This document shows, one piece after another, positions 1 to 13,384 of a DNA stretch of 64,000 nucleotides. The number at the start of each line of letters is the position of its first letter. Position 1 is the first letter of the stretch. The notes under the pieces were generated by a model, which was given only the letters and a program-made list of their open reading frames with translations, was not told where the DNA came from and made no database searches. Source of the DNA: Acidocella sp. (GTDB lineage: Bacteria > Pseudomonadota > Alphaproteobacteria > Acetobacterales > Acetobacteraceae); assembly GCF_035535915.1 (NCBI RefSeq), contig NZ_DATLPB010000012.1, positions 988-64,987 of the forward strand, in the 5' to 3' direction. The position numbers and the translations under genes were made by a program.

Positions 1-1034
<1,034 letters not shown>

Positions 1035-1038
<4 letters not shown>

Positions 1039-2048
1039 AGCGACCCGAACAACGCGGCCGTATCGGACATCCGGCTCGAGAAGCCCCATTCATTGTCATA
1101 CCAGCCCATCACCCGGGCCAGCGCGCCGTCGACCACCGTGGTCTGCGGGGCGTCGAAGCTGCAGGAGAAGGCGACGTGGTTGAAGTCCGCGCTGACCAGC
1201 TTGGCGGTGGAATAATCCAGGATGCCCTTGAGCTCGCCTTCGGAGGCAAGCTTCATCGCCGCGTTGATCTCTTCGGCCGTGGGCTGCTTCTTGAGATTCA
1301 CGTCGAGCGAGACCAGCGACACGTTCGGGGTCGGCACGCGGATGGCGGTGCCGTCCAGCTTGCCCTTGAGCTCAGGCATCACCAGGCCCACGGCCTTCGC
1401 GGCGCCGGTGGTGGTCGGGATCATCGACAAAGCGGCGGCGCGGGCGCGGTGCAGGTCCTTGTGCAGCGTGTCCACGGTCTTCTGGTCGCCGGTATAGGAG
1501 TGGATGGTCACCATATAGCCGCGTTCGATGCCGAAATTCTCGTGCAGCACCTTCGCCATCGGGGCGAGGCAGTTGGTGGTGCAGGAGGCATTGGAAATGA
1601 TCGTCATGTCCTTGGTCAGGATCTTCTGGTTGACGCCGTAGACGATGGTGGCGTCCACCCCTTCCGCCGGCGCGGAAACCAGCACCTTGCGCGCGCCGGC
1701 GATGAGAAGCTGGGCGGCGGCTTCACGCTTGGTGAACAGACCGGTGCATTCCAGCGCCACGTCGACGCCGCCGAGCGGCACTTTCGGCGGGTCGCGCTCG
1801 GCCGTGACCTTGATCGGCGCATAGGTGCGGCCGGCATGGGTAATGATCAGGGAATCGCCCCGCACCTCTACGGTGCCGGGGAAACGGCCATGCACGGAAT
1901 CGTAGCGGAACAAATGCGCGTTGTCTTCGACGCTGCCCAGATCGTTGATCAGCACGGGCTCGACATCGGTACGGCCGCTCTCGATCATGGCGCGAAGCAC
2001 CAGACGGCCGATGCGCCCGAAACCGTTAATCGCGATTTTCACTGCCAC
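1035..2048 (-). CDS. gapA: Type I glyceraldehyde-3-phosphate dehydrogenase
   Basis: [21 protein letters not shown] and WYDNEWGFS motifs. Confidence 0.98.
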
Positions 2049-2051
2049 GTT

Positions 2052-4088
<2,037 letters not shown>

Positions 4089-4165
4089 CTTACGCCTGTT
4101 CCGTCGTGTCTGCGGCGTGCATAAAGCCAGTGCATTGAAGCGGCAACCCGGAGTTTTTCTTTTCC

Positions 4166-5431
4166 ATGACAGTACGAACGAACCAGCGGATTGACGGCAC
4201 CAGGCTGTGGGACAGTTTGATGGAGATCGCCAAGATCGGCGCGACGCCGAAAGGCGGCGTGAAGCGCCTGACGCTCAGCGAGGAGGATCGCCAGGGGCGG
4301 TTGTTGTTCCAGAGCTGGTGCGAGGCGCTGGGGCTGAAGGTCAGGGTCGACAGCATGGGCAATATGTTCGCAAGGCGCGAGGGGCGTGACCCGACGCGGC
4401 CGCCGGTGCTGATGGGTTCGCATCTCGACAGCCAGCCGACGGGCGGAAAGTTCGATGGCGCACTTGGTGTGATCGCCGGCCTGGAGGTGATGCGCACGCT
4501 GCACGACCTGAACATCGTGACGGAAGCGCCGATCGAGCTGGTGAACTGGACCGATGAGGAAGGTTGCCGCTTCGGCCGGGCGATGATGGGCAGCGCCGTG
4601 TGGTCGGGGCTGGAGCGGGAAGAGTCGATGAAGGCGCGGCGCGACGAAGACGGCGTCATCGTCGCCACGGCGTTGCAGGAGATCGGCTTCGCCGGGCCGG
4701 AGCCCTGCGCTTCCTTTCCGGCGGATGCGATGTTCGAGCTGCATATCGAACAGGGTCCGCTGCTGGAGGCGGGAGGGGAAAAAATCGGCATCGTCACCGG
4801 GGCGCAGGCGCAGATCTGGTACGAGGCGGAAGTGACCGGCTTCGATTCCCACGCCGGCACCACACCCCCGGTGGCGCGCCGGGATGCGTTGCTGACGGCG
4901 GCGCGCATCGTCGAGCTGGTGGACGCCATCATGCGCGAAGAGGGCGATACCAAAGTGACCGATCCCGGGCGCGGCACGGTCGGGCGGTTCACTGTTTACC
5001 CGAACTCGCCGAACGTGATCCCCGGCCGGGTGCGCTTCAACGTGGAGTTCCGCAATGTCTCGGAGGCGCGGATTGCCGAGATCGCGGCGACGTTCCCGGC
5101 GCGTGCCCAGGCGCTGGCCGAAGCCAACCGCACAAATCTCACGCTGAACACGGTGTTCCGCGTGCCGGCGCAGCCTTTCGATGCGGACTGCGTGGCGCTG
5201 GTGGAACAGGCCGCGGCGAAGCTCGGCTACCCCGCGCGCCGCATGGTCTCGGGCGCCGGGCACGATGCGGTGCACACCGCCTCATGCATCCCGACCGCGA
5301 TGATCTTCACCCCGTGCAAGGACGGGCTCTCGCATAACGAGGCGGAATCGATCGCGCCCGATGAGGCCGAGGCGGGGGCGCAAGTCCTGTTCGAGGCGGT
5401 GCTGGCGCGGGCGAACCGGGCCATCAAATGA
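4166..5431 (+). CDS. M20 family Zn-dependent amidohydrolase (N-carbamoyl-amino acid/allantoate hydrolase type)
   Basis: GSHLDSQPTGGKFDG, DEEG, ELHIEQGP, HAGTTP and SGAGHDA motifs. Confidence 0.9.
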   Translation: MTVRTNQRIDGTRLWDSLMEIAKIGATPKGGVKRLTLSEEDRQGRLLFQSWCEALGLKVRVDSMGNMFARREGRDPTRPPVLMGSHLDSQPTGGKFDGALGVIAGLEVMRTLHDLNIVTEAPIELVNWTDEEGCRFGRAMMGSAVWSGLEREESMKARRDEDGVIVATALQEIGFAGPEPCASFPADAMFELHIEQGPLLEAGGEKIGIVTGAQAQIWYEAEVTGFDSHAGTTPPVARRDALLTAARIVELVDAIMREEGDTKVTDPGRGTVGRFTVYPNSPNVIPGRVRFNVEFRNVSEARIAEIAATFPARAQALAEANRTNLTLNTVFRVPAQPFDADCVALVEQAAAKLGYPARRMVSGAGHDAVHTASCIPTAMIFTPCKDGLSHNEAESIAPDEAEAGAQVLFEAVLARANRAIK

Positions 5432-5434
5432 GGG

Positions 5435-5569
5435 AAGAAAGGCTACTTTTTGTGAACAAAAAGTAGCAAAAAAACTTTGATTACTCTGGGCCCGTGCGGT
5501 TTCATCGCCTCAGGCCCAGCGTAAACAAAAGTTTTTGCGGCGCTTTTTTCAAAAAGCGCCTGCTTTCTT
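5435..5569. repeat. Composite palindromic intergenic repeat, copy A
   Basis: AAGAAAG...CTTTCTT ends; hairpin GCTACTTTTTG-TGAA-CAAAAAGTAGC; central CTGGGCC...GGCCCAG; GCGCTTTTTTCAAAAAGCGC; near-identical modules at 8991 and 61375. Confidence 0.9.
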
Positions 5570-5618
5570 CCTTTTCCCACGCCGCTTCCCATATGCGAGA
5601 AAAGCGAGGAGATTCGTC

Positions 5619-5858
5619 ATGGCGAAAATCCATTATCGCGTTGTCCGGCATGACGGCGGCTGGGCCTATAAGCTGGGCGACGTGTTTTCCGAGGCATTCA
5701 CCACCCGTGAGCGGGCGATGGCGGCGGCCCGGCGCGTGGCCGCCGAGCAACAGGTACCAGGCGAGAGCGGGTATATCGAATACCAGACCGAGGACGGAAA
5801 ATGGCATATCGAACTCGCCTCCGGGAGCGACCGGCCGGAGGCGGATGTGGTCGAATAA
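5619..5858 (+). CDS. DUF2188-like small protein
   Basis: MAKIHYRVVRHDGGWAYK...AMAAARRVA; GAGGAG RBS upstream; the longer upstream ORF extension is repeat-derived. Confidence 0.75.
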   Translation: MAKIHYRVVRHDGGWAYKLGDVFSEAFTTRERAMAAARRVAAEQQVPGESGYIEYQTEDGKWHIELASGSDRPEADVVE

Positions 5859-5861
5859 GGG

Positions 5862-6707
5862 TTAAGCGCTAGGCGGCGCGGAGAGGTCGACTTCCACGGG
5901 CGGGACGGGGCGGCGGGCCTCGGCTTCGGCGGCGAGGCGGCGGTAGCTGCGCAGGCTGAAGGGCAGCATGATCATATAGGCCAGGCCGAGCAGCGCGCCG
6001 GCGGCATACGGGTCGGCGAAAATAATCGCCGCGAACACCACCACGCCGAGCAGCAGAGGCAGAATGCTTGGCGCCGGGATCTTGAAATTCTTGAAACTCC
6101 AGACCGGCAGCGTCGAGACGCAGAGCAGCGCCACGATGACCAGGACGGCGCCGGTGAAAAGCGGGAAGCCGGCGGCGTCGCTGAGCCAGAAGAGGTGCAT
6201 CTGGTCCGCTTCGAGGCCAAGAAAAAGCGGGAACAAGGCCAGCCCGGCGCCGGCCGGAGCGGGTACGCCGGTGAAGAAATTATACGCGAAGGCGGCCTTG
6301 GGCGCGCTGTCGAGCGCGGCGTTGAAGCGCGCCAGGCGTAGCGCCATGGCCGAGGCATAGATCAGCGGCGGCAGGAAACCGATGGCGCCCCATGGTTGCA
6401 GCGACCAGACATAGATGACGATCGCCGGGGCGATGCCAAAGCAGAGGAAATCGGCCAGGCTGTCGAATTCGGCGCCGAAGCGCGAGGTCGCCTTGAGCAG
6501 GCGCGCCAGCCTTCCGTCCAGCCCGTCGATCACGCCGGAAACGGCGATCGCGATGACGGCATTGCCGAATTTGCCGTCCAGCGCCAGGCGGATGGACGAC
6601 AGGCCGATGCACAGGCCGAGCAACGTCATCAGGTTCGGCAGCATGCGGTTGAAGCTTTGGCCGGAGAACCGGTGTCGGCGCGGCAGCCGCCGGGGCAGCC
6701 GGTTCAT
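5862..6707 (-). CDS. pssA: CDP-diacylglycerol--serine O-phosphatidyltransferase
   Basis: DGLDGRLAR...G AEFDSLAD CDP-alcohol phosphatidyltransferase motif; adjacent to psd. Confidence 0.93.
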   Translation of the reverse strand: MNRLPRRLPRRHRFSGQSFNRMLPNLMTLLGLCIGLSSIRLALDGKFGNAVIAIAVSGVIDGLDGRLARLLKATSRFGAEFDSLADFLCFGIAPAIVIYVWSLQPWGAIGFLPPLIYASAMALRLARFNAALDSAPKAAFAYNFFTGVPAPAGAGLALFPLFLGLEADQMHLFWLSDAAGFPLFTGAVLVIVALLCVSTLPVWSFKNFKIPAPSILPLLLGVVVFAAIIFADPYAAGALLGLAYMIMLPFSLRSYRRLAAEAEARRPVPPVEVDLSAPPSA

Positions 6708-7396
6708 TAGAAGGCGGACGCCGGCACGGGGCGGAGCTCGGCAATGACCGTTTCGCCGCCGATCATGCGCTGACCGGGGGCGACCAGCGGCAGCGTGCCT
6801 TCCGGCAGATACAAATCGGTGCGGCTGCCGAAGCGGATGATGCCGATGCGCTGGCCGGTGACGATGGATTGGCCTTCATGAATGTCGCACAGAATGCGCC
6901 GCGCGATCAGCCCGGCGATTTGCACGACCACGACCTCCTGCCCGGTGGGCAGGCTGAGCAGGATGCTGTTGCGCTCATTGTCGTCGCTCGCTTTTTCGTC
7001 CGCGGCGCTGAGGAATTTGCCGGGGTGGTAGGCGATGCGGCTGACCAGGCCGGAGATCGGCGCGCGGTTGACGTGGACGTCCAGCACCGAGAGAAAAATC
7101 GCGACGCGCATGCGCGGCGTCTCGCCGAGGCCGAGCTCCGCCGGCGGCACGGCGGCTTCCACGCCGACCACGAGCCCGTCCGCCGGGGCGACGAACACGT
7201 TGGGGCGGGGCGGCAGAACGCGCTCAGGATCGCGGAAGAAATACAGGCAGAACAGGGTGAAAAGCAGGCCGAGCCAGGTTAGCGGATGCCACAGCAGCAG
7301 GCCGAGCACGGCCACGGCGATGCCGCCCGCAATGAAGGGGTAGCCAGCCTTATGCGGCGGCGCCAGCACCGATTTGACGCTCTCGACGATGTCCAT
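6707..7396 (-). CDS. psd: Phosphatidylserine decarboxylase proenzyme
   Basis: YFFRDPER, APADG, IFLSVLDVHVNRAP and RFGSRTD motifs. Confidence 0.95.
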   Translation of the reverse strand: MDIVESVKSVLAPPHKAGYPFIAGGIAVAVLGLLLWHPLTWLGLLFTLFCLYFFRDPERVLPPRPNVFVAPADGLVVGVEAAVPPAELGLGETPRMRVAIFLSVLDVHVNRAPISGLVSRIAYHPGKFLSAADEKASDDNERNSILLSLPTGQEVVVVQIAGLIARRILCDIHEGQSIVTGQRIGIIRFGSRTDLYLPEGTLPLVAPGQRMIGGETVIAELRPVPASAF

Positions 7397-7400
7397 GGAT

Positions 7401-8327
7401 TCAGCCTTGCGGTTTCGGCAGGGCAAAGCCCTGGCCGGGGAAAATCAGATTGGGGTCGCGGATCTGCTTGGCGTTGGCATCGTAAATCACCGTGTACAGC
7501 GTGCCGCGACCGTAAACATGGCGGGCGATCAGCCAGAGATTTTCGCCCTTGGTGATGACGATATGGCCGGCGGCGAGCGCATTGGGAAGGGTTTCCAGCG
7601 CGAAGGGTGCGGTGACCGGCGGCAGCATCGCGCCGTTGGCGGCGGTGGCGGAAAGCGCCAAGGTGCCGTTGCCTTCCGGCACGCTGGCCGTGAAGCGCCA
7701 GGTGCCGTTCTGGCCGGCGGTGGCGCGGCCGATCTCTTTGCCATTGAGCGCGAGGTCGATGCGCGCGCCGGCGGGCGCGGTGCCGGAGAAGATCGCATGG
7801 CCGTTGGCGTCATAATCGACGGTGCCGATGCCGAGCGTGCCCGGGTGCGGCCCCTGACCGGAGACGACCGAGCTGCCATTCGGGCCGGACAGCACGGCCA
7901 AAGCTGGCCCCTGGCCCGCGGGCACGTTGACCGAGGCGGTTTCGCCCCCGGCGATCACGGTGCCGTTGGGCAGGGTCTCGGTGAGGGAGAGTTCCTGCGA
8001 ACCCGCCGGGAGCGGCTTCGTGGGCAGGATCGTGAAAGACCCTTGGGCATCCGCCGTCGCCGTGCCCACCACCACATCGCCGCTTTTCGCGGTGATGGTG
8101 GCGCCGGGGGCGGCGCGGCCGGCGAGCACAACATCGCCATTGGGGGCGACACGGACGACGTCGAAGCGGGGCGGGCTGATCACAGGGGCGACGGCGGGCG
8201 GCGGCGGTGCGGGCGGCGTCGGCTGCAATTGCGGCCGCAGGCCGAGATAGCTCAGCCCGGCAATGGCGCAGAGCGCGAGCACGCCGAGCGCAGCCATTCC
8301 ACTATATTTACGCGTCGTTTCAGCCAT
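7401..8327 (-). CDS. LysM peptidoglycan-binding membrane-anchored protein
   Basis: N-terminal TM, Pro linker, FDVVRV repeat region, C-terminal LysM (KGENLWLIARHVYG...NLIFPGQ). Confidence 0.88.
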   Translation of the reverse strand: MAETTRKYSGMAALGVLALCAIAGLSYLGLRPQLQPTPPAPPPPAVAPVISPPRFDVVRVAPNGDVVLAGRAAPGATITAKSGDVVVGTATADAQGSFTILPTKPLPAGSQELSLTETLPNGTVIAGGETASVNVPAGQGPALAVLSGPNGSSVVSGQGPHPGTLGIGTVDYDANGHAIFSGTAPAGARIDLALNGKEIGRATAGQNGTWRFTASVPEGNGTLALSATAANGAMLPPVTAPFALETLPNALAAGHIVITKGENLWLIARHVYGRGTLYTVIYDANAKQIRDPNLIFPGQGFALPKPQG

Positions 8328-8424
8328 TTAGGCGCCCCTGTCGCATTGCCTGACGGTTGCTTGCTATGTGGCGCGTAGCCTGCCACGAACAGGGTTATAC
8401 AGGAAGCGAAGCGAAACCGACACT

Positions 8425-8988
8425 ATGGCACCTTTTTCAGTCACCGTCTTTTGCGGCTCCTCTCCAGGGGGCGATCCGGCCTATGCGGAGGCGGCTTCCG
8501 CTCTCGGGCATGGAATCGCGTCGGCGGGCATGGCGCTGGTCTTCGGCGGCGGCCATGTCGGGCTGATGGGGATCACGGCCGAAGCCGCTTTGGCCGGCGG
8601 CGGACATGTGACCGGGGTCATCCCGGACTTTTTGCGACACCGCGAGGTCGAGTTTCCGGGCCTGTCGGAATTGATCGTCACGGACTCGATGCACACGCGC
8701 AAGCGGCGGCTGTTCGCCCTGGCGGATGCGTTCGTGGTGATGCCGGGCGGGCTCGGCACGTTTGACGAGACGATCGAAATTCTCACCTGGAAGCAACTCG
8801 GCCAGCATAACAAGCCGATCATCCTGGTGGATATTCTCGGCTGGGCGCAGCCCTTTATCACGCTGGTCGAGCAGGCGATCGCCCGCGGCTTTGCCCATCA
8901 CACGGCCCGCAACCTGTTCGAGGTTCGGCCGTCGGTCGAGGGGGCGCTGGCGCGGTTGGAAGAGCTGCGTCAGGCAGAAGGCAAGTAA
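8425..8988 (+). CDS. LOG family Rossmann-fold protein (TIGR00730 type)
   Basis: VFCGSS, FGGGHVGLMG, MHTRK and PGGLGTFDE motifs. Confidence 0.93.
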   Translation: MAPFSVTVFCGSSPGGDPAYAEAASALGHGIASAGMALVFGGGHVGLMGITAEAALAGGGHVTGVIPDFLRHREVEFPGLSELIVTDSMHTRKRRLFALADAFVVMPGGLGTFDETIEILTWKQLGQHNKPIILVDILGWAQPFITLVEQAIARGFAHHTARNLFEVRPSVEGALARLEELRQAEGK

Positions 8989-8990
8989 AA

Positions 8991-9130
8991 AAGAAAGGCT
9001 ACTTTTTGTGAACAAAAAGTAGCAAAAAAACTTTATGAATCTAGGCCTTGGGCGTTGTCGCCGACACAGCCCATGGCCCAGCGTAACAAAAGTTTTTGCG
9101 GCGCTTTTTTCAAAAAGCGCCTGCTTTCTT
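8991..9130. repeat. Composite palindromic intergenic repeat, copy B
   Basis: Same terminal AAGAAAG/CTTTCTT and both hairpins as copy A; lies between convergent LOG and yacG stops. Confidence 0.9.
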
Positions 9131-9132
9131 AC

Positions 9133-9285
9133 TTAACTTTCCTCGTCGTCCTCGGATGCGGGGCGCGCAGGGACGACATAGCTTTCCGTCAGCCAGCGGC
9201 CGAGATCGATATCGGCGCAGCGTTTCGAGCAGAACGGGCGGTGCTGCGGATCGGTGGGTTTCTTGCAGATCGGGCAGACATTCAT
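9133..9285 (-). CDS. yacG: DNA gyrase inhibitor YacG (not in the ORF track)
   Basis: Manual translation MNVCPICKK...RPFCSKRCADIDLGRWL; Zn-finger signature; overlaps the rng stop. Confidence 0.95.
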   Translation of the reverse strand: MNVCPICKKPTDPQHRPFCSKRCADIDLGRWLTESYVVPARPASEDDEES

Positions 9286-10133
9286 CGGGGGAGAACCTCG
9301 TGCAAGGGCGGGCGGATGCGCCGGCGCGTGAGTTCCGCGAAGCCAAGATGGGAAAAACCCAGAAGTTCGGGTTTCAGCGGGTCGGCTGCAAGGGCGGTGC
9401 GCAACGGGGCGGCCAGTTTGGCGCGGGCGGAGGATTTCATGCCGGCGAAATCGATCAGAATGCCGCCGGAGAGGTTGCGCAGCACGATCTGCCGGGCGAT
9501 TTCCGGCAGGATCGTGGTGTTCAGCGCCAGTGCCGAGACCCCGCTGGCGGCTTTGGCGTCGAGGTCGATCAAGGTTGCCGCCGGCGCCGGGGTGATGTGC
9601 ATGACCGCGCCCAGAGGCAGGGGGGCGGAAAGCTCGGAAAGGCCGGCCACCTCGTCTTCCAGCACCGCGTCGAACGCGGCGGCGTCGAAGCGCATGCGGC
9701 CTTCCAGGGCCGGGCGGAGTTCCGCGATCAGCGCGTAATCGTCGAGCAGGACCGGTTCGGCCGGGTGGCGGGCGCAGAGATCGAGCAGCGGGCCGGGGCC
9801 GCGGCGCAACAGGCCCGGGCGGTCGGCGGGCGTGCCCCCGGCGGCCGCGAGGCGCGGGCCTTTGTCGCCTTGCGCGGCGCGGGTGACAATGAAGGTGGCG
9901 AAGCTGCCTTCGGGGAGGGTTTTGCCGCCGGCGCTGTCGGGGAGAAAGCCGCTCACGCCGCCCAGCTCCACGAAACGCCCGGCCAGAGCCGGCATCACCG
10001 CCTCGACGCGGCCGGTATAGACATCGCCGACGCCGTCGGGACGGGCCCGGTCCCAGATCCAGAACTCACGCAGCACATCGCCGGCCAGCAAGGCGATGCG
10101 GACCTGTTCGGCGCGGCGGGAAACGGCAATCAT
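9282..10133 (-). CDS. Ribonuclease E/G family protein (short)
   Basis: GDVYTGRV (S1 domain), IARQIVLRNLSGGILIDF and ELTRRR motifs; maf-rng-yacG order. Confidence 0.85.
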   Translation of the reverse strand: MIAVSRRAEQVRIALLAGDVLREFWIWDRARPDGVGDVYTGRVEAVMPALAGRFVELGGVSGFLPDSAGGKTLPEGSFATFIVTRAAQGDKGPRLAAAGGTPADRPGLLRRGPGPLLDLCARHPAEPVLLDDYALIAELRPALEGRMRFDAAAFDAVLEDEVAGLSELSAPLPLGAVMHITPAPAATLIDLDAKAASGVSALALNTTILPEIARQIVLRNLSGGILIDFAGMKSSARAKLAAPLRTALAADPLKPELLGFSHLGFAELTRRRIRPPLHEVLPR

Positions 10134-10699
10134 GCTCTATGGTAGCCGAGGCCGCGCAGCAGGCGGGAGGTCTCACAAAGCGGCAGGCCGACCACCGCGG
10201 AATAGGAGCCGGAGAGGAAATCGATGAAGGCGGCGGCCCGGCCCTGGATGGCATAGCCGCCGGCCTTGCCCTGCCATTCGCCGCTGGCGAGATAGGCCTC
10301 GATCTCGGCATTATCGAGAGGGGCGAAACCGACCACGGACGCCACGACCCGGGAGGCGACACGGCCATCCGGCGCGCGGATGGCGAGGCCGGTAAAGACG
10401 CGGTGCCGGCGGCCGGACAGCAGTTTCAGGCATCGTTCCGCCTGCGCCGGCGTTTCCGCCTTGGGGAGAATGCGCCGCCCGGCGGCGACCACCGTGTCGG
10501 CGGCGATGGTGAAGCCATCGGCGGGGCGGAGTTTCGCGGCTGCCATGCGCGCCGCGTAGGGGCGGGGGAGTTCGGCGGGAAGGGGCGTTTCGTCGATGTC
10601 GGGCGCGAAAATCTGCGCGGGCTCGATGCCGATCTGGCGTAACAACGCCAGCCGCCGCGGACTTGCGGAGGCCAGGATCACATTCGCGGAATTCGTCAT
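10130..10699 (-). CDS. maf: Maf family nucleotide pyrophosphatase
   Basis: ILASASPRRLALL, AADTVV and GKAGGYAIQG motifs. Confidence 0.93.
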   Translation of the reverse strand: MTNSANVILASASPRRLALLRQIGIEPAQIFAPDIDETPLPAELPRPYAARMAAAKLRPADGFTIAADTVVAAGRRILPKAETPAQAERCLKLLSGRRHRVFTGLAIRAPDGRVASRVVASVVGFAPLDNAEIEAYLASGEWQGKAGGYAIQGRAAAFIDFLSGSYSAVVGLPLCETSRLLRGLGYHRA

Positions 10700-10736
10700 G
10701 TCGCCCTGTCGTGCCCGGCGCCGGCGTGAGGGCGCG

Positions 10737-10955
10737 TTATTTGAAGCGGAATGTGATCCGGCCCTTGGTCAGGTCATAGGGGGTCATCTCGACATTGACG
10801 CGGTCGCCGGCCAGGACGCGGATGCGGTTCTTGCGCATCTTGCCGCTGGTATGGGCCAGAATCACATGCTCATTGTCGAGCTTCACGCGGAACATTGCGT
10901 TGGGCAGCAGCTCGGTGACCATGCCGCTGAACTCGATCATATCTTCCTTGGACAA
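10737..10955 (-). CDS. infA: Translation initiation factor IF-1
   Basis: 72 aa from a TTG start: [11 protein letters not shown]...[19 protein letters not shown]...GRITFRFK. Confidence 0.97.
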   Translation of the reverse strand: MSKEDMIEFSGMVTELLPNAMFRVKLDNEHVILAHTSGKMRKNRIRVLAGDRVNVEMTPYDLTKGRITFRFK

Positions 10956-11014
10956 ACAAACCTCATGAAAAGGGGGAATCAACGCCGCTCACATGGGCCG
11001 TGGCGCGGTTTTGG

Positions 11015-12307
11015 TCAAGTTTTACGCAAGCGGGCGGACACAGAGCGGGCATGCGCGGTGAGGCTTTCCGCCTCGGCCAACGCCACGGCGGCCGGCCCGA
11101 TGGCGGCCAAAGCGCGCGGCTCGAGCGCGACCCAGCTGGTGCGCTTGAGAAAATCATACACCGCGAGTCCGGAGGCGAAGCGCGCCGTGCCGGAGGTGGG
11201 GAGCACATGGTTGGGGCCGGCGACATAATCGCCGATGGCCTCGGGGCAGTTATTGCCCAGGAACACCGCGCCGGCATGGCGGATCTTGGCGAAGAGCGAT
11301 TTTGGCGCGGCGGTCATGATCTGCAGATGTTCCGGCGCGATGCTGTTGGCCAGCGCGGCCGCTTCGTCCCAGTCGCGGACCACGATGATGCCGCCATGGC
11401 GGCGCCAGCTCTCGCCGGCGATCGCCGCGCGGGGCAGGGTTTTGAGCGCCTCCGCCACCGCCTGGGCGACGGACTCGGCCAGAGCCGGGCTGTCGGTGAT
11501 GAGCAGGGCCTGGGCATCCTCGTCATGTTCGGCCTGGGCCAGCAGGTCGAGGGCCAGATGCGCCGGGTCGTTCGGCGCGTCGGCGATGATCAGCACCTCC
11601 GAAGGGCCGGCGATGGAATCGATGCCGACCCGGCCGAACACCTGGCGCTTGGCCTCCGCGACATAGGCGTTGCCGGGGCCGACGATCTTGTCGACATTCG
11701 GGATCAAGGCGGTGCCATAGGCCAGGGCGGCCACGGCCTGGGCGCCGCCGATGCGGTAGATTTCGGTGACGCCGGCCAGCGCGGCGGCGGCCAGAACCAG
11801 CGGGTTCAGCACGCCGTCGGGGGAAGGAACGCACATGGCGATGCGTGACACGCCGGCGACCCTGGCCGGGATCGCGTTCATCAGCACCGAGGACGGGTAG
11901 GAGGCTTTGCCGCCGGGAACATAGATGCCGACCGCATCCAATGCGGTCCAGCGCAGGCCGAGCTCGGCGCCGGCGGAATCGGTGAACGCCAGGTCCTGCG
12001 GCAGTTGCGCGCGGTGAAAGGCTTCGATGCGGGCGGCGGCGAGCGCCAGCGCGTCACGCAACGCGGCCGGCGTGGCGGCGGTGGCGGCTTCGATTTCCGC
12101 CGCGCTCACGCGCAGATCGGCCAGACCGCAATTCACGCGGTCGAACCGGTTGGTGAGGTCGAGCACGGCCGCATCCCCCTCGTCCTGCACGCGGCGGAGA
12201 ATGTCACGCACCGCGTCGGCCAGTTGTGGGGCCGTGACGGAACGCGAGAGCAGGCGCGAAAATTCCGCCTCGAATTGCGCGTCGGCGGTGGAGAGGCGAC
12301 GGCTCAT
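11015..12307 (-). CDS. hisD: Histidinol dehydrogenase
   Basis: [28 protein letters not shown] and AGPNHVLPT motifs. Confidence 0.97.
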   Translation of the reverse strand: MSRRLSTADAQFEAEFSRLLSRSVTAPQLADAVRDILRRVQDEGDAAVLDLTNRFDRVNCGLADLRVSAAEIEAATAATPAALRDALALAAARIEAFHRAQLPQDLAFTDSAGAELGLRWTALDAVGIYVPGGKASYPSSVLMNAIPARVAGVSRIAMCVPSPDGVLNPLVLAAAALAGVTEIYRIGGAQAVAALAYGTALIPNVDKIVGPGNAYVAEAKRQVFGRVGIDSIAGPSEVLIIADAPNDPAHLALDLLAQAEHDEDAQALLITDSPALAESVAQAVAEALKTLPRAAIAGESWRRHGGIIVVRDWDEAAALANSIAPEHLQIMTAAPKSLFAKIRHAGAVFLGNNCPEAIGDYVAGPNHVLPTSGTARFASGLAVYDFLKRTSWVALEPRALAAIGPAAVALAEAESLTAHARSVSARLRKT

Positions 12308-12951
12308 GCGGCCAGCGCCTTACGGAAACTCTCGATCCAGCCAGCGATTTCGTCCGGCCGGGTCTTCAGCGCGATGCGGTTGACGATCAGGCGCGAGGAG
12401 ACATTGGCGATGATGTCGGTTTCCACCAGCCCATTGGCCTTCAGGGTGCTGCCGGTCTGCACCAGGTCGACGATCAGCCGAGAGAGGCCGAGGCCGGGCG
12501 CCAGTTCCATGGAGCCGTTAAGCGCGACGATCTCCGCCTGCACGCCGCGGGCGGCGAAATGCTTGCGCGCCACGTTGGGGTATTTGCTGGCGACGCGGAT
12601 GCGCGACTGGGCGTTGAGGTCGGTCTGGCCGACCTCGTCGCGCGGTTCGGCGACGGAGATGCGGCAACGGCCGATATCGAGGTCGAGCGGCGCGTAGATT
12701 TCCGGATAGTCGAATTCCATCATCACGTCGCCGCCGCAAATGCCGATCTGCGCCGCCCCGAAGGCGACAAAGGTGGCGACGTCGAAGGAGCGGACGCGGA
12801 TCACGTCGAGGCCCGGATGATTGGTGGGAAAGCGCAGGCGCCGGCTGGATTCGTCGGCATAGTCGGCGGCCGGCTCGATGCCGGCACGGCTGAGAAGAGG
12901 GCCGCATTCCTCGAGAATGCGGCCTTTGGGGAGCGCGAGAACGATCGACAT
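12304..12951 (-). CDS. hisG: ATP phosphoribosyltransferase, short form
   Basis: LALPKGR, DLDIGRCR, ELAPGLGL and DLVQTGSTL motifs; 215 aa. Confidence 0.96.
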   Translation of the reverse strand: MSIVLALPKGRILEECGPLLSRAGIEPAADYADESSRRLRFPTNHPGLDVIRVRSFDVATFVAFGAAQIGICGGDVMMEFDYPEIYAPLDLDIGRCRISVAEPRDEVGQTDLNAQSRIRVASKYPNVARKHFAARGVQAEIVALNGSMELAPGLGLSRLIVDLVQTGSTLKANGLVETDIIANVSSRLIVNRIALKTRPDEIAGWIESFRKALAA

Positions 12952-13056
12952 GGCCGGGGCTTACCATCCGGGGGATATGGCGGCTAGAGCCATATTTGGC
13001 CGGGCTGGAAGTGCCCGAAACCGCCCCCATATGTCTGAGCCGAGGGAGATGAACCC

Positions 13057-13380
13057 ATGTCCAGATACGTGATGTTCGCCTTCGGGATGGTTTTGCTGGG
13101 GGCCGTTCAGGCGCACGCGCAGGCCAGCCCCTATGGCGCGATGCCGCCGGCGCAAACCGGGCAGCCGGCGCAGACGCCCTATATGGCGGCGCCGGTGCCG
13201 GCGGCGCCGAGCGTCCAGGCGCCGGTGAATTTGCCCCCGCCGGTGGCGACGCCGAATGCCGTGCCCCTGAATCTACCGCAAATCCCTGGCTATACGGCGC
13301 CCGGCATGCCGGTCCAGCAAGGCGGGCTGAATGCACCGGCGGGCGGCGGGATGACCAGCCCAGGCACGGCGCGGCCATAA
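13057..13380 (+). CDS. Hypothetical secreted Pro/Ala/Gln-rich protein
   Basis: Signal-peptide-like N-terminus (…VQAHA|QA), GGGAG RBS, low-complexity body. Confidence 0.6.
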   Translation: MSRYVMFAFGMVLLGAVQAHAQASPYGAMPPAQTGQPAQTPYMAAPVPAAPSVQAPVNLPPPVATPNAVPLNLPQIPGYTAPGMPVQQGGLNAPAGGGMTSPGTARP

Positions 13381-13384
13381 GGCA

